DNA from: an uncultured Lichenihabitans sp.
GTDB taxonomy: Bacteria; Pseudomonadota; Alphaproteobacteria; Rhizobiales; Beijerinckiaceae
Assembly: GCA_965214415.1 (NCBI GenBank)
Contig: CBDCBQ010000003.1
Location: 162,091 to 226,090, forward strand
Direction: 5' to 3'
Length of the DNA: 64,000 nt
The notes below the pieces were generated by a model that did no database searches, had not been told where the DNA came from, and was given only the letters and a program-made list of their open reading frames with translations. The number at the start of each line of letters is the position of its first letter. Position 1 is the first letter of the stretch. A program made the translations under genes and the position numbers. Shown here in pieces: positions 42,255 through 53,732 of the stretch.

Positions 42255-44585
42255 TTGGTGCGAGTGAGTACCTTCATAGCCTCCGCAGGGCTGCTGGCGC
42301 TGGTCGCCGGATGCGACGGGTCGGGCCCGCCGCCCGGTCCAGACATGCGTGCTCTAGATACGCGCATGCCGCTTGCCGTCGATTATTACGAGCACAAGAC
42401 CTTGCATCCGGTGCCGCGCCGCGACAGCGGTTTCGTCGGGCCCACCGAGGCCGGTGTCGGACGCGAGCGAGATTTTGGCCCGGAGCCGGCGGCGGAGCCC
42501 ACGTCCACCCCGGCTCCCGCCCGCGAGTCAGCGCCGATCACGGCCGACAAGGACAAGTTGTCAGGTCGGCCGACGGCGCCGAGCAAGGCGCCGGCCGATC
42601 CCTCGAAGGCGCCGTCGGGGCCGGTCTCGCGGGCCGAGCCGGCGCCGCACACCACGTTCGCCACCGCGCTCGCCACTTTGCGCGCGAACGAGCATGTCGC
42701 CGGCCAGTCTTTCCTTGCGCTGGCCAAGCCGCGCAAGGGGCACAGCAAGGTTGCCAAAACCGAGACGACCGAACCCGACGGCGGCGCGGCCGCCCCCAGC
42801 GGCGAGGGCGACGCGACCGAGACCGCGGACACGCGCGGGTTCGATGGCAAGGAGAGCGGCTATCGGCTGAATTTCGAGGATGCCGAGGTCAAGGACGTCA
42901 TGCAGGCGGTGCTCGGCAACGTGCTCGGCGTTCCGTACACGATCGCACCCAACGTGGCTGGCCGCATCACAATCTCCTCCTCGGCGCCGCAGAACAAGAC
43001 CGAACTGCTCGGGACGCTCGAGACCGTGCTGTCGATGCAAGGCCTATCGTTGACGCGCGTCGGCAGTACCTACCGGATCGCGCCGCTTGCGCTCGGTGGC
43101 GGCACGCTCGATGTCGACGGTGCCGGCTCCGGCTTCGGGATTTTCCGTCGTGCCGCTGCAATATTCCTCCGTCGCGTCGATGAACAAGCTCCTTTCTGGG
43201 TTCGTGGTCGAGGCCGACGGCATCAAGATCGATTCCTCGCGCAACACCGTCATCGTGCGGGGCCGGGTCCGCGCCGGCTCGAGGTCGTACGCGCGATCAA
43301 GGCGTTCGACGGCGACTGGATGCACACTCAATCGGTCAGCATGTTCGAGCTGAAGCGCTCGCGTCCCGAAGAGGTGATCCAGGAGCTGACCCGCGTCTTC
43401 GATAGCGACAAGGAAGGCGATGCGGCGGGCGTGATCGAGTTCAAATCGGTCAAGCGCCTCCGCTCGATCATGGTGATCTCGAAGAACGCGACCTTGATCC
43501 GCCGCGCCGGCGCCTGGATTCACCGTCTCGATCATCAGGACACGTCGTCGACCAGCTCGATCTTCGTCTATCGTCCACGCTACCGCGATGCCCGCGAGCT
43601 GGCGAAGCTCGTCAACGGGCTGCTCGGCGGGAGCGGCGGCAGCAGCGGCGGCGACTCGGGCAACGGCGGCGTGTCGTTCCAAACTGGCGGGCAGGGCGGC
43701 GGGCTCGGTGGCGGCCTCGGCGGCAGCTCAGGTGGGCAGGGTGGCGGCCTGGCGGTCAACGTCATCATCGCCGAGGTCCAGCTCAACGACGAGCTCAAGT
43801 ACGGCGTGCAGTTCTTTCTCAATCAGAGCGCGAACAGCGCCGGCTCGATCGGCTTCTCGACCAATCCGACCAGCGTCATCGCCAGCGCCGCGCAGGGCGC
43901 CGCCGCGGGCGTGACGCAGGCGCTGTCGCCGTCAGCGAGCGGCTTCAACTTCCTCGCGGGCGGCGCGACGAGCCCCAACATCGTCCTGTCGGCGCTCGAC
44001 TCTATCTCGAAGGTGCACATCCTGTCGACGCCGTCGATCGTCGTGATGGAGAACAAGCCGGCGACGCTCGAGGTCGGCAACCAGGTGCCGGTGACGACTC
44101 AGTCGGCGACCAGCAACCTGACGGCCGACGCGCCGACGGTGAACTCGGTCACCTACCTCGACACCGGCATCATCTTGAAGATCATTCCGCGCATCGGCCA
44201 GAACGGCAACGTGGACATGCTGATCGACCAGGAGATTTCGAGCGTCGTGCCGGACGCGACCGGTTCGACCACCGGGTCGCTGACGCCGACGATCTCGAAG
44301 CGCCGCATCGCCAGCGACATCTCCGTGCGAAGCGGCCAGAACGTGCTGCTCGCCGGCCTCGTCACGGACACGCGCTCGAAGCAAAACGGCCAGGTGCCGT
44401 TCGTCGGGCCGCAGCTCGGCAATCTCCTTGGCAACACCGACAATTCGGTCAGCCGGACCGAGCTCGTGATGTTCATCCGCCCGGTGATCGTGCGCAACGG
44501 GCAGGACGCGGTCGAGATAACCCAGGACTTCAAGCGCGGCCTGACCGGTATCGACCTGCATGGCGAGCCGGTCTACAAGCCATGA
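42255..44585 (+). CDS. gspD: Type II secretion secretin GspD, lipoprotein-type; the annotated frame is wrong for about 125 nt (43141-43270)
   Basis: Lipobox LLALVAGC, a low-complexity linker of about 190 aa, an N0 domain (YRLNFEDAEVKDVMQAVLG...) and a secretin domain (VIIAEVQLNDELKYGV...STPSIVVMENKPATLEVG...). The N1 domain (VVPLQYSSVASMNKLLSGFVVEADGIKIDSSRNTVIVRG) is encoded in the +1 frame. Confidence 0.85.
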   Translation: MVRVSTFIASAGLLALVAGCDGSGPPPGPDMRALDTRMPLAVDYYEHKTLHPVPRRDSGFVGPTEAGVGRERDFGPEPAAEPTSTPAPARESAPITADKDKLSGRPTAPSKAPADPSKAPSGPVSRAEPAPHTTFATALATLRANEHVAGQSFLALAKPRKGHSKVAKTETTEPDGGAAAPSGEGDATETADTRGFDGKESGYRLNFEDAEVKDVMQAVLGNVLGVPYTIAPNVAGRITISSSAPQNKTELLGTLETVLSMQGLSLTRVGSTYRIAPLALGGGTLDVDGAGSGFGIFRRAAAIFLRRVDEQAPFWVRGRGRRHQDRFLAQHRHRAGPGPRRLEVVRAIKAFDGDWMHTQSVSMFELKRSRPEEVIQELTRVFDSDKEGDAAGVIEFKSVKRLRSIMVISKNATLIRRAGAWIHRLDHQDTSSTSSIFVYRPRYRDARELAKLVNGLLGGSGGSSGGDSGNGGVSFQTGGQGGGLGGGLGGSSGGQGGGLAVNVIIAEVQLNDELKYGVQFFLNQSANSAGSIGFSTNPTSVIASAAQGAAAGVTQALSPSASGFNFLAGGATSPNIVLSALDSISKVHILSTPSIVVMENKPATLEVGNQVPVTTQSATSNLTADAPTVNSVTYLDTGIILKIIPRIGQNGNVDMLIDQEISSVVPDATGSTTGSLTPTISKRRIASDISVRSGQNVLLAGLVTDTRSKQNGQVPFVGPQLGNLLGNTDNSVSRTELVMFIRPVIVRNGQDAVEITQDFKRGLTGIDLHGEPVYKP

Positions 44586-45208
44586 GCGCGACAGGGCCAA
44601 TCGCGGCGACCCTTCCTGCTTTCGCAAGTAACTTGTACGCCACTCTCGCCGAGTGGTCGGTCGTTGTCCTCGCGGTCGCGGTCGCGGCTTTCGAGATCGG
44701 CCACGGCTATCAGGCGGCGGTCATCGTGACCACGGTCGCCATCGCGCCGCTGGTCGTCTGGATCGTCGCGCAGGACCTCATGACATTCACGATCGCCGAC
44801 GGCGCCGTGGTCGCGCTGGCGGTGCTCGCGCTCGCCACCCGGTTGGTGGCCGGCGATCCCGCGATCCTGCTCGCCCTCGACGTGCTTCTGTCCGGCGGCG
44901 TGCTGCTTGCGTTCCGCGAGATCTATTACCGCCGCCGAGGTTTCGACGGGCTCGGCCTTGGCGACGTCAAGCTCGCCGCGGCAGGCGGCCTGCTCGTCGG
45001 CGCCGGCGCCTTCGCCTGGGCCTTGCTTGGGGCAAGCCTGCTGGCGCTCTTGGGTGTCGCGATCGTGTACGGCGTCGCGCGAACCCGCCATCGTTCGATC
45101 GATTTCGAGGCCTATCGAAAGCTGGCGTTCGGCGCGCTCCTCGCCCCGGCCCTCTATGCCGCTTGGATCGTGCAGGCGCTGCCGATCCTCTGGCCCGCGG
45201 GAGGCTAG
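44582..45208 (+). CDS. gspO: Prepilin peptidase (A24 family), short form without an N-terminal methyltransferase-type domain
   Basis: Polytopic membrane protein with the two Asp motifs (AQDLMTF, GLGLGDVKL). Only 208 aa; the start overlaps the gspD stop (ATGA). Confidence 0.8.
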   Translation: MSATGPIAATLPAFASNLYATLAEWSVVVLAVAVAAFEIGHGYQAAVIVTTVAIAPLVVWIVAQDLMTFTIADGAVVALAVLALATRLVAGDPAILLALDVLLSGGVLLAFREIYYRRRGFDGLGLGDVKLAAAGGLLVGAGAFAWALLGASLLALLGVAIVYGVARTRHRSIDFEAYRKLAFGALLAPALYAAWIVQALPILWPAGG

Positions 45209-45210
45209 CC

Positions 45211-46422
45211 ATGCCGAGCTTCCGCTACGAGGCGCTCGATACATCGGGCCGCAAGATGAGCGGACTCATGGACGGGACCTCGGTCGCCGAGATCCTGAAG
45301 GAGCTCGACCGCGCCGGGTTTTTGCCGATCAAGGCCGCCGAGGCGCGCGCCCAGAGCGGCCGCTCGCTCCGCGATATGCTCACGCCCGAGCCGAAGTCCG
45401 AGGACATCACGGCGATGACGCTCGACGTCGTCATGCTGTTGAAGGGCGGCGTGACGCTCGCGGAGTCGCTGGTGCTGCTGCAGCAGATGGGCGGCAGCCG
45501 CTGGCGCACCAAGGTCCTGCGCGAACTGCACCTGGCGATCTCGGTCGGCAAGACCTTCTCGGCGGCGCTTGCGGAGCACCCGCGTCTGTTCTCGCCGATC
45601 TACATCAAGATGGTCGAGGTCGCCGAGGCGACCGGGCGGCTCGAGGAGGCGCTGTCGGCGCTTGCCGAGGAGCGCCAGCGCATGGAGCGGATGAAGAAGC
45701 GGCTCGTCGGCGCCGTCTCCTATCCCGCGTTCCTGATCCTCTCGGCGCTCAGCGCCATGACCTTTATCTTCCTCTATGTGATTCCGCAGTTCGAGACCGC
45801 GCTCGAGGGCTTCCGCGACAAGATCGACCCGACCGCGCTGATGGTCTTCAACATGTCGGCGTTCCTGCGCCACAACCTGCAGCTCATAGGCTTTTCGCTC
45901 GGCGCGATCGTGCTCGGCATGCTGCTCGTCGGCAAGCTCGGCTCGCATCGCGGCATCTGGATCTCGCTGCTCGCGCGCCTGCCGTTCCTGCGGACGCTAT
46001 TCCTCTACGAGGCGACGCTGAAATTCTGCCGCACATTGTCGGTACTGATCGGTAATGGAGTCGACATCTCGACCTCGCTGCGGCTGCTGCGCGACGTTGT
46101 GCGGCTGCCGGCCTTCCGCGCGCAGATCGACGGCGTCGTCGCCGATGTGCGCAAGGGGCGCCGCCTTTCGGAGGCGCTGGAGACGCGCGATGTGCTGCCC
46201 CGACACGTGGTGCAGATGTTGCGCGTCGGCGAGGAAAGCGGGCGGTTGCCCGACAGTGCCAGCCGTGTCGCGACCTTTTACGAGGCGCGGCTCGACACCG
46301 CGCTCGGCCGCGTCATCGCGGTGCTGGGGCCGGCCACGATGATGCTCGTCTCGGTGCTGATCGCCTGGCTGATCATCTCCGTGATGACCGCGCTGATGAG
46401 CGTCAACGACCTGTTGAAGTAG
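45211..46422 (+). CDS. gspF: Type II secretion inner-membrane platform protein GspF
   Basis: MPSFRYEALDTSGRKMSGLMDG... and duplicated T2SF domains in a 403-aa product. Confidence 0.92.
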   Translation: MPSFRYEALDTSGRKMSGLMDGTSVAEILKELDRAGFLPIKAAEARAQSGRSLRDMLTPEPKSEDITAMTLDVVMLLKGGVTLAESLVLLQQMGGSRWRTKVLRELHLAISVGKTFSAALAEHPRLFSPIYIKMVEVAEATGRLEEALSALAEERQRMERMKKRLVGAVSYPAFLILSALSAMTFIFLYVIPQFETALEGFRDKIDPTALMVFNMSAFLRHNLQLIGFSLGAIVLGMLLVGKLGSHRGIWISLLARLPFLRTLFLYEATLKFCRTLSVLIGNGVDISTSLRLLRDVVRLPAFRAQIDGVVADVRKGRRLSEALETRDVLPRHVVQMLRVGEESGRLPDSASRVATFYEARLDTALGRVIAVLGPATMMLVSVLIAWLIISVMTALMSVNDLLK

Positions 46423-46455
46423 ATGTTCGAGAGCAAACTTGTTGTGGGGGCGACC

Positions 46456-46908
46456 ATGAGACACCGACTGGCCCAGCTGCGCGACCGACGCGCGACCCGC
46501 GATGCGCGCGGCGGCTTCACGCTGGTCGAGCTGCTCGTCGTGCTCGTCATTCTCGGCCTGGTGATGGGGCTCGTCGGCCCGCGTGTGCTCGGCTATCTGT
46601 CGAGCTCGCGCGAGCGTACCGCGCATCTGCAGATCGAGTCCTTCGCCTCCGCGCTCGATCTCTTCTACCTCGACTACGGTCGCTACCCGACCAATGGCGA
46701 GGGGCTCGAGGCGCTGGTGAAGCGGCCGGGCTCGGGCGAGCACTGGGCCGGCCCCTACCTGAAGCAGCCGAACGTACCCGTCGACCCGTGGGGCAATCCG
46801 TACACCTACCATGTCCCGGGCAAGACGACGCCTTATGCGATCACGTCGAACGGTCCTGACGGCGAGCGTAGCGCGAGCGTCCAGCACGCCGCCATCGGCA
46901 ACGAATGA
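46456..46908 (+). CDS. gspG: Major pseudopilin GspG
   Basis: Prepilin motif RGG/FTLVELLVVLVILG and DPWGNPYTY. An alternative ATG lies at 46423. Confidence 0.9.
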   Translation: MRHRLAQLRDRRATRDARGGFTLVELLVVLVILGLVMGLVGPRVLGYLSSSRERTAHLQIESFASALDLFYLDYGRYPTNGEGLEALVKRPGSGEHWAGPYLKQPNVPVDPWGNPYTYHVPGKTTPYAITSNGPDGERSASVQHAAIGNE

Positions 46909-47363
46909 TCGCGCGGGCCGCCACGGCTCGGTCGGCGTTTCGCGCGAGAGAGTCGCGCGCGGGCTTCGCGCTGATCGAGGTGATGCTCGCCTTGATGCTG
47001 ATCGCCGTCCTCGCATCGCTGGCATTGCCAGGCCTCGTGCGGGGGACCGGCCCGTCGACGTTGCGGATCGCCGCGCTGCAGGTCGCCGCGATGCTGCGCG
47101 AGGATCGCAACGTCGCGCTCACGACGGGGCGTTTCACGATGACCTCGGTCGGCCGCGGCGAAATCCGATCGGGCGCCTCGCGGGCCTCGGTCGAGATGCC
47201 GGTCGGCGCGACGGCCGGCGTGCTCGGCGCGGCGCTGCCGGGCATCCGCTTCTTCGCCGACGGCCGCTCCTCCGGCGGCACGATCGTCATCGCGTCGGCC
47301 ACGGCGCGCGCGTTCGTCGCCGTCAGTCCCGATACGGGGGCGATCGATGTCGGCGTGCGCTAG
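46905..47363 (+). CDS. gspH: Minor pseudopilin (GspH-like)
   Basis: RAG/FALIEVMLALMLIAVLASLALPG prepilin motif and C-terminal FFADGRSSGG. ATGA overlap with gspG. Confidence 0.7.
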   Translation: MIARAATARSAFRARESRAGFALIEVMLALMLIAVLASLALPGLVRGTGPSTLRIAALQVAAMLREDRNVALTTGRFTMTSVGRGEIRSGASRASVEMPVGATAGVLGAALPGIRFFADGRSSGGTIVIASATARAFVAVSPDTGAIDVGVR

Positions 47364-47811
47364 CCCGCGCCGTCCTCGCGCGCGACTCGCCGATCGCGGC
47401 GGCTTCACGCTGATCGAGGTCCTGGTCGCCTTCACGATCATGGCGACGCTGCTTGGGGTCATGTATCGCGGCGTCGTCACGCTTCGCCAGAGCGCCGCCG
47501 CCTTCGACGACCACACCGATCGCGAGCTGATCGCGCGTGCCGTGCTCGACGAGGCGCTCGCGCAACGTACCCTCAGGCCAGGCACCCATCACGGAGTCCG
47601 TGACGGGCATCGTTGGACGATCGTCGCGAAGGCGATCGACCTTTCCGCCCAGCTGCCGCGTGCGGCCGACGAAGGGGAACAGAAACCGGGCGACAAGCCC
47701 GGCGAGCCGAAGACGAAGCGAGACTGGGCGACCCAGCGCCTGCTGGTGCGCATCGAGGCCGACGGTCGGCCGCTCGAGGTCGAGACGCTGCGCATCGTCA
47801 AGGCGGAGTGA
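47347..47811 (+). CDS. gspI: Minor pseudopilin (GspI-like)
   Basis: RGG/FTLIEVLVAFTIMATLLG prepilin motif. The assignment is based on position. Confidence 0.65.
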   Translation: MSACASPRRPRARLADRGGFTLIEVLVAFTIMATLLGVMYRGVVTLRQSAAAFDDHTDRELIARAVLDEALAQRTLRPGTHHGVRDGHRWTIVAKAIDLSAQLPRAADEGEQKPGDKPGEPKTKRDWATQRLLVRIEADGRPLEVETLRIVKAE

Positions 47812-47814
47812 GCG

Positions 47815-48765
47815 ATGCGCCGTCGCCCGCTCGAGAGACGCGCCGCGGCGCGCGGCCGTAACGGCGGCTTTCTGCTTCCGGAGACGCTCGCGACCTTCAC
47901 GATCTCCGCCTTCATCCTGCTCGGTCTCGTCTCGGCCTCCTCCGTGCTGCTCGGCGCGATCGACCGCAGCATCATCCGCGTTCAGAACGTCGACGACCTC
48001 GGCCGTGCGCTCGACGCGATCGCCCGCGATCTGGGGGGCGTGCAGCGCGCACGCTGGAACGGTATCGAGCCGCAATCTTTCGTCTTTCGCGGCGGACCGA
48101 ACAGCATCTTCTTCGCGCGGCGCGAGCGTGGTCTCGACGGTGGCGGCGTGACGAAGGTCGTCGCGCTACGCGAGATCATCGCGGACGGCGGCACCCGCCT
48201 CATAAGGAGCGAGGCGAGGCTGTCGGCGCGGGCAAGCTCGTTCGACGATGTCGTCTTCGGGGCGCCGCGCGAGATCTGGACCGGGCCGGCGCGATTGCGC
48301 TTCTCCTATTTGTCGCAGCGGCAGGACGCAAAACCGGCGCCGCCGACGAAGGACTTTCCGAGTGGCCCGACGCTGCCGGCGGCCATCACCGTCGAGGCTG
48401 TCGACCGCGCCACGAAGAAGAGCCTCGTTTCGTTGCGCGTGACGATCCGCGCCAATGCCGACATCGGCTGCCTCGAAGAGGGGGGCGGTGACGCGCCCGG
48501 TGGCGGCGCCGCGACCGCCGATGCCACCGCGCAGAGCGCGACGCCGGACGCGACCCCGACCGGCGGCGGTGGCGTCGACTTCGGACCTCCGCCGGCACCG
48601 ACCGCTCTGGCGGCGCCGATCTTGAGCGCCGCCGATGCCGCGCAGGCGGCGAAGAGCGATGCCTTCTGCTCGCGCCCCCAGCGCGACAAGAAGAATCAGC
48701 CGGGTGCTCCCGCCGCGCCTCAGGCCACGACCGCTGGGCCAACGTCACCGGAGCCGGCTCCGTGA
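47815..48765 (+). CDS. gspJ: Minor pseudopilin (GspJ-like) with a low-complexity tail of about 100 aa
   Basis: NGG/FLLPETLATFTISAFILLG prepilin motif. The assignment is based on position. Confidence 0.6.
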   Translation: MRRRPLERRAAARGRNGGFLLPETLATFTISAFILLGLVSASSVLLGAIDRSIIRVQNVDDLGRALDAIARDLGGVQRARWNGIEPQSFVFRGGPNSIFFARRERGLDGGGVTKVVALREIIADGGTRLIRSEARLSARASSFDDVVFGAPREIWTGPARLRFSYLSQRQDAKPAPPTKDFPSGPTLPAAITVEAVDRATKKSLVSLRVTIRANADIGCLEEGGGDAPGGGAATADATAQSATPDATPTGGGGVDFGPPPAPTALAAPILSAADAAQAAKSDAFCSRPQRDKKNQPGAPAAPQATTAGPTSPEPAP

Positions 48766-49711
48766 GCCGCGCCCGATCCTCGCGCGGCGCCGACGACGGC
48801 TACATCCTCGTCGCCGTTCTCGGCGTCATGCTGGTGCTGACGGGCTTCATGGCGGCGGGCTCGCTGCTGGCGCGCTCGGCGCTCGACACGGTTCGCGTCG
48901 GCGACGCCGATGTCGCGATGGCCGGCCTGACGCGCGCCGGCGTCGAGCTGGCGGCCTACCAGCTCTTCGTCATCAAGGCGGCGCCCGAGGCGATCGACGG
49001 GCGGCGGCTGCGCTTTGCCGGTGGCACGATCGCGCCGTACCTCGTCGACGAAGGCGGCAAGGCCGATCTCAACGCCTCGGATTCGAAGCTGCTCGCGAGC
49101 GTGTTCCAAAGCGCCGAGCTGGGGGCCGGTCCCGCGGCCGCGCTCGTCGCCTGCATCGTCCAGCTGCGCGGGCCCGATCGCAATGCCTCCGCGGCGAACG
49201 CGCCCAGCCCGGCCGCGCCTGCCCAGGCCCAGCCCGGTTCCACGGACCTCGCGACGGCAGCGCCGCAGGCCGCGCCACCGCCCGCTCCGACGCCGCCGGC
49301 CGCCGACGCGCCGAGGCTTCGCGGCTTCCAGTCGGTCGACCAGCTGCGCGACTGCCCGAACCTGACCGGCGAGGACTTTCACGCGATCGCGCCGCTGCTG
49401 ACGGTGTACAACCCCGATGGCAAGATCAACATTCTGTCGGCCAGCGAGGCGATGCTGCGGGCAATGCCGGGTCTCAGCCAGGCCGACGTCGAGATCATCC
49501 TGGCGCGACGCGCCGGTGCCGACAAGAAGGCGATCGACGACCTCATGGGCCTGATGAAAGAGGCCAAGGACTACGGCAAGACCACCTTCGGACCTGCCTT
49601 CTCCGTGCGCATCGAGGCGACCGCCGCCACGGGTCGAAAAAAATCCACCCACGTCGTCATGGCATCCTCGAAAAGCCCATCTGACCCCTATTATGTCCTC
49701 GACTGGTGGGA

Positions 49712-49715
<4 letters not shown>
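48762..49715 (+). CDS. gspK: Minor pseudopilin GspK
   Basis: GYILVAVLGVMLVLTGF (no Glu5) and a C-terminal helix-hairpin-helix-like region, SVDQLRDCPNLTGEDFHAIAPLLTVY...MLRAMPGLSQADVEIILARR. Confidence 0.8.
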
Positions 49716-51402
<1,687 letters not shown>

Positions 51403-51406
<4 letters not shown>

Positions 51407-52662
51407 GGGCGCTGCGGCTCAGTGGCGCCGAGGCGATGGCCGATCTGCGGGCCGCCGCGCCGCGGCTGCGCGAGGCAGCGGCGCCCTGGGTGTCGCGCAT
51501 CGCCACCGCGGTGGCGCCGCTGTGGGCGCGCGCTTGTGCGGCACTGGAGCGGCTCGAGCCGCTGCGAGAGCGCCTCGCGCTAGAGGTTCGCAAGAGCACC
51601 ACGCTCACCAAGGTGCTCGCCGCGATCAGCGGCGTTTGGTCGAAGCTCGTCGCGGCGTTCTGCGACACGATCGATCCTCTGCTGTCGCGCTGGGTGCCGG
51701 ACAATCGTCTTGTCGCCGTCGTGACGGAGTCTGGCGCGATCGAGCTGCACAAGGCGCTGAAGAGCGAGGTCACGTTCTTGGGCGCGCCGGGGGCGCTCGA
51801 TAGCGACTCGCTGGCGGCGCTGACGTCGGCGCGCTGGACCTCGATCGAGCTGAGGGTGCGGCCCGAGCAGGTGATGCATCGCACCCTGTCGCTGCCCGCC
51901 GCCGGTCGCGAGTTCCTTGGCTCGATCATCGAGCACAAGCTCGAGCGGCTGACGCCCTGGCGGCCGGACCGAGTGCTCTACGGCTACCGCGTGCTCGAGG
52001 AGGGCGATGCCGAGATGGGCCAGGGCCTCACCGTCGCTCTGAGCGCCACCTCGCGCGATCTCGTCGCGGCGCCACTGGCGGCGTTGGCTGATCTGGGTCT
52101 CGCTCCAAACGCGATCGGCGTCGAGGATGGGCCCCTGGACGCGCCGCTGCGCATCAACCTCCTGCGCGATGCGGCCAAAACCACGCGGAGCGACTCGCGA
52201 CGCATGGTCTCGCGGGTTGCCCTGGCGTCGTTCGCGGTGCTCGGTGTGGTTTGGCTCGCGACATCCCTATGGGCGTCGAGCGCCGACGATGCGGCGCAGG
52301 TCGCCAGCGTCCGGCTGATGAAGGCGCGCCGCCTGCTCAAATCCGCTTCGATGGGCGATGTCGGCGATCGCGAACGGGCGATGCTGGAGGCCAAGCGCCC
52401 GGATCGGGCGATCGTCGTGCTGATCGACAAGATCGCGACCGCGATCCCCGAGGACACCTATCTGAAGGAGCTGTCGATCGCGCCGGACAAAGTGCGCGTC
52501 GTCGGCGTCACGACGAACGCGCCGGCCCTCGTCGGCGAGCTCGAGTCGACGGGGCTGTCCAATGTTCGGTTCACCGCCGCGGTGACGCGCGAGAAAGACC
52601 AGAAGGACAGCTTCGAGATCAGTGCGGATCGCCCGACGGCCGCCGCGCCGGAGACGCCGTGA
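51403..52662 (+). CDS. gspL: GspL-like assembly protein (cytoplasmic domain, one TM helix, PilN-like periplasmic domain)
   Basis: ATGA overlap with gspE, a central TM segment VALASFAVLGVVWLATSLWA, about 419 aa, and the expected position. Confidence 0.6.
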
Positions 52663-53222
52663 TGGTTTCAGACAAGACCAAGGCGCAAGCCTGGCGGATC
52701 GGCGCGCTTGCGTTCTTTTGCGGCGCCCCGCTGCTCCTCGTCGGTGTCGCCATTTCAAACCTATCCGACGCCTCGCAGGCCGACGACATCGCCGCGCGCA
52801 AAGCCGCGACAACGGCGACGATCGTCGCGCAGCTCGAGAAGCACCGCGCGCGTCACGTCAAGCCGGTCGATGTCGCCTCGCTCTACCTCGCCAGCGCCAG
52901 CACCAGCCTGGCGCGCGCCGAGATCCAAAAGCTGACGGGCAAGCTCGTGGCGGACGCAGGTGGTCGCGTCGCCGAGGTCCAGCCGGTCGAGACTCCAGAG
53001 CAGGAGGCCGACGGCGTCGTCGCGGTCGAGGTCGGGCTCGACATCGACAACAAGGGGTTGCGCGACCTGCTCTACGAGATCGAGGGCGGGCTGCCGTTGT
53101 TGACCGTCAGCGACGTCAATGTGCAGCAGGTGAGCAGCCAGGCCGACGACGCGGCCGCAACGGCTGGGCAGCTCCGCGTGCAGATGACGCTCCAAGGCCG
53201 CTGGCGAAAGGCGACGGGATGA
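52662..53222 (+). CDS. gspM: GspM-like assembly protein
   Basis: N-terminal TM segment IGALAFFCGAPLLLVGVAI, size about 186 aa, position after gspL and an overlapping stop/start. Confidence 0.55.
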   Translation: MVSDKTKAQAWRIGALAFFCGAPLLLVGVAISNLSDASQADDIAARKAATTATIVAQLEKHRARHVKPVDVASLYLASASTSLARAEIQKLTGKLVADAGGRVAEVQPVETPEQEADGVVAVEVGLDIDNKGLRDLLYEIEGGLPLLTVSDVNVQQVSSQADDAAATAGQLRVQMTLQGRWRKATG

Positions 53223-53716
53223 CCCGCCGACGTCTCGTTTGCGCGACATTCGCCGCCGTCCTTCTCGCAGCTTCAGCTGGACGCGCCGCCGCGCAAGACG
53301 CCGTCTCGCTCAATCCGCTGAAGACGCTCGACAAGGCGGCGCTGACCGGTTTCCTGGAGCGGCCGTTGTTTGATCCCGAACGACGGCTGCCGCCGCCCGC
53401 CCCGGTCCTGGCGGAGGCACCACCGCCGCCAGCGCCCGTCGAGCCGGCGCCGAGCCTGCAGCTACTCGGCATCGTGCATGGCCTCCACGACATGGCGATC
53501 GTGCATCGTGACGGCGGCCAGCAAACGATCGTCCTGCACACTGGCGACAAGCTCGGCAGCTGGACGGTCACAGTGCGCCCGCCGGTTGGCGTCAGCCTGA
53601 GCAGCGGCGACCGAACGGTCGATTTCGCGATTTTCGCGAAGATGGCTCAGCCTGCCCCGCGTGACCGTCCATTGGCGGTCGGGACCATGATCCGACGCCA
53701 GAATCTCGACAATTGA
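53219..53716 (+). CDS. GspC/GspN-like periplasmic component (PilP/HR-like domain)
   Basis: Signal or anchor, a Pro-rich linker, then LQLLGIVHGLHDMAIVHRDGGQQTIVLHTGDKLGSWTVTV, which resembles the secretin-interacting HR domain. ATGA overlap with gspM. Confidence 0.5.
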   Translation: MTRRRLVCATFAAVLLAASAGRAAAQDAVSLNPLKTLDKAALTGFLERPLFDPERRLPPPAPVLAEAPPPPAPVEPAPSLQLLGIVHGLHDMAIVHRDGGQQTIVLHTGDKLGSWTVTVRPPVGVSLSSGDRTVDFAIFAKMAQPAPRDRPLAVGTMIRRQNLDN

Positions 53717-53732
53717 TCCTGAGGATATCCGC

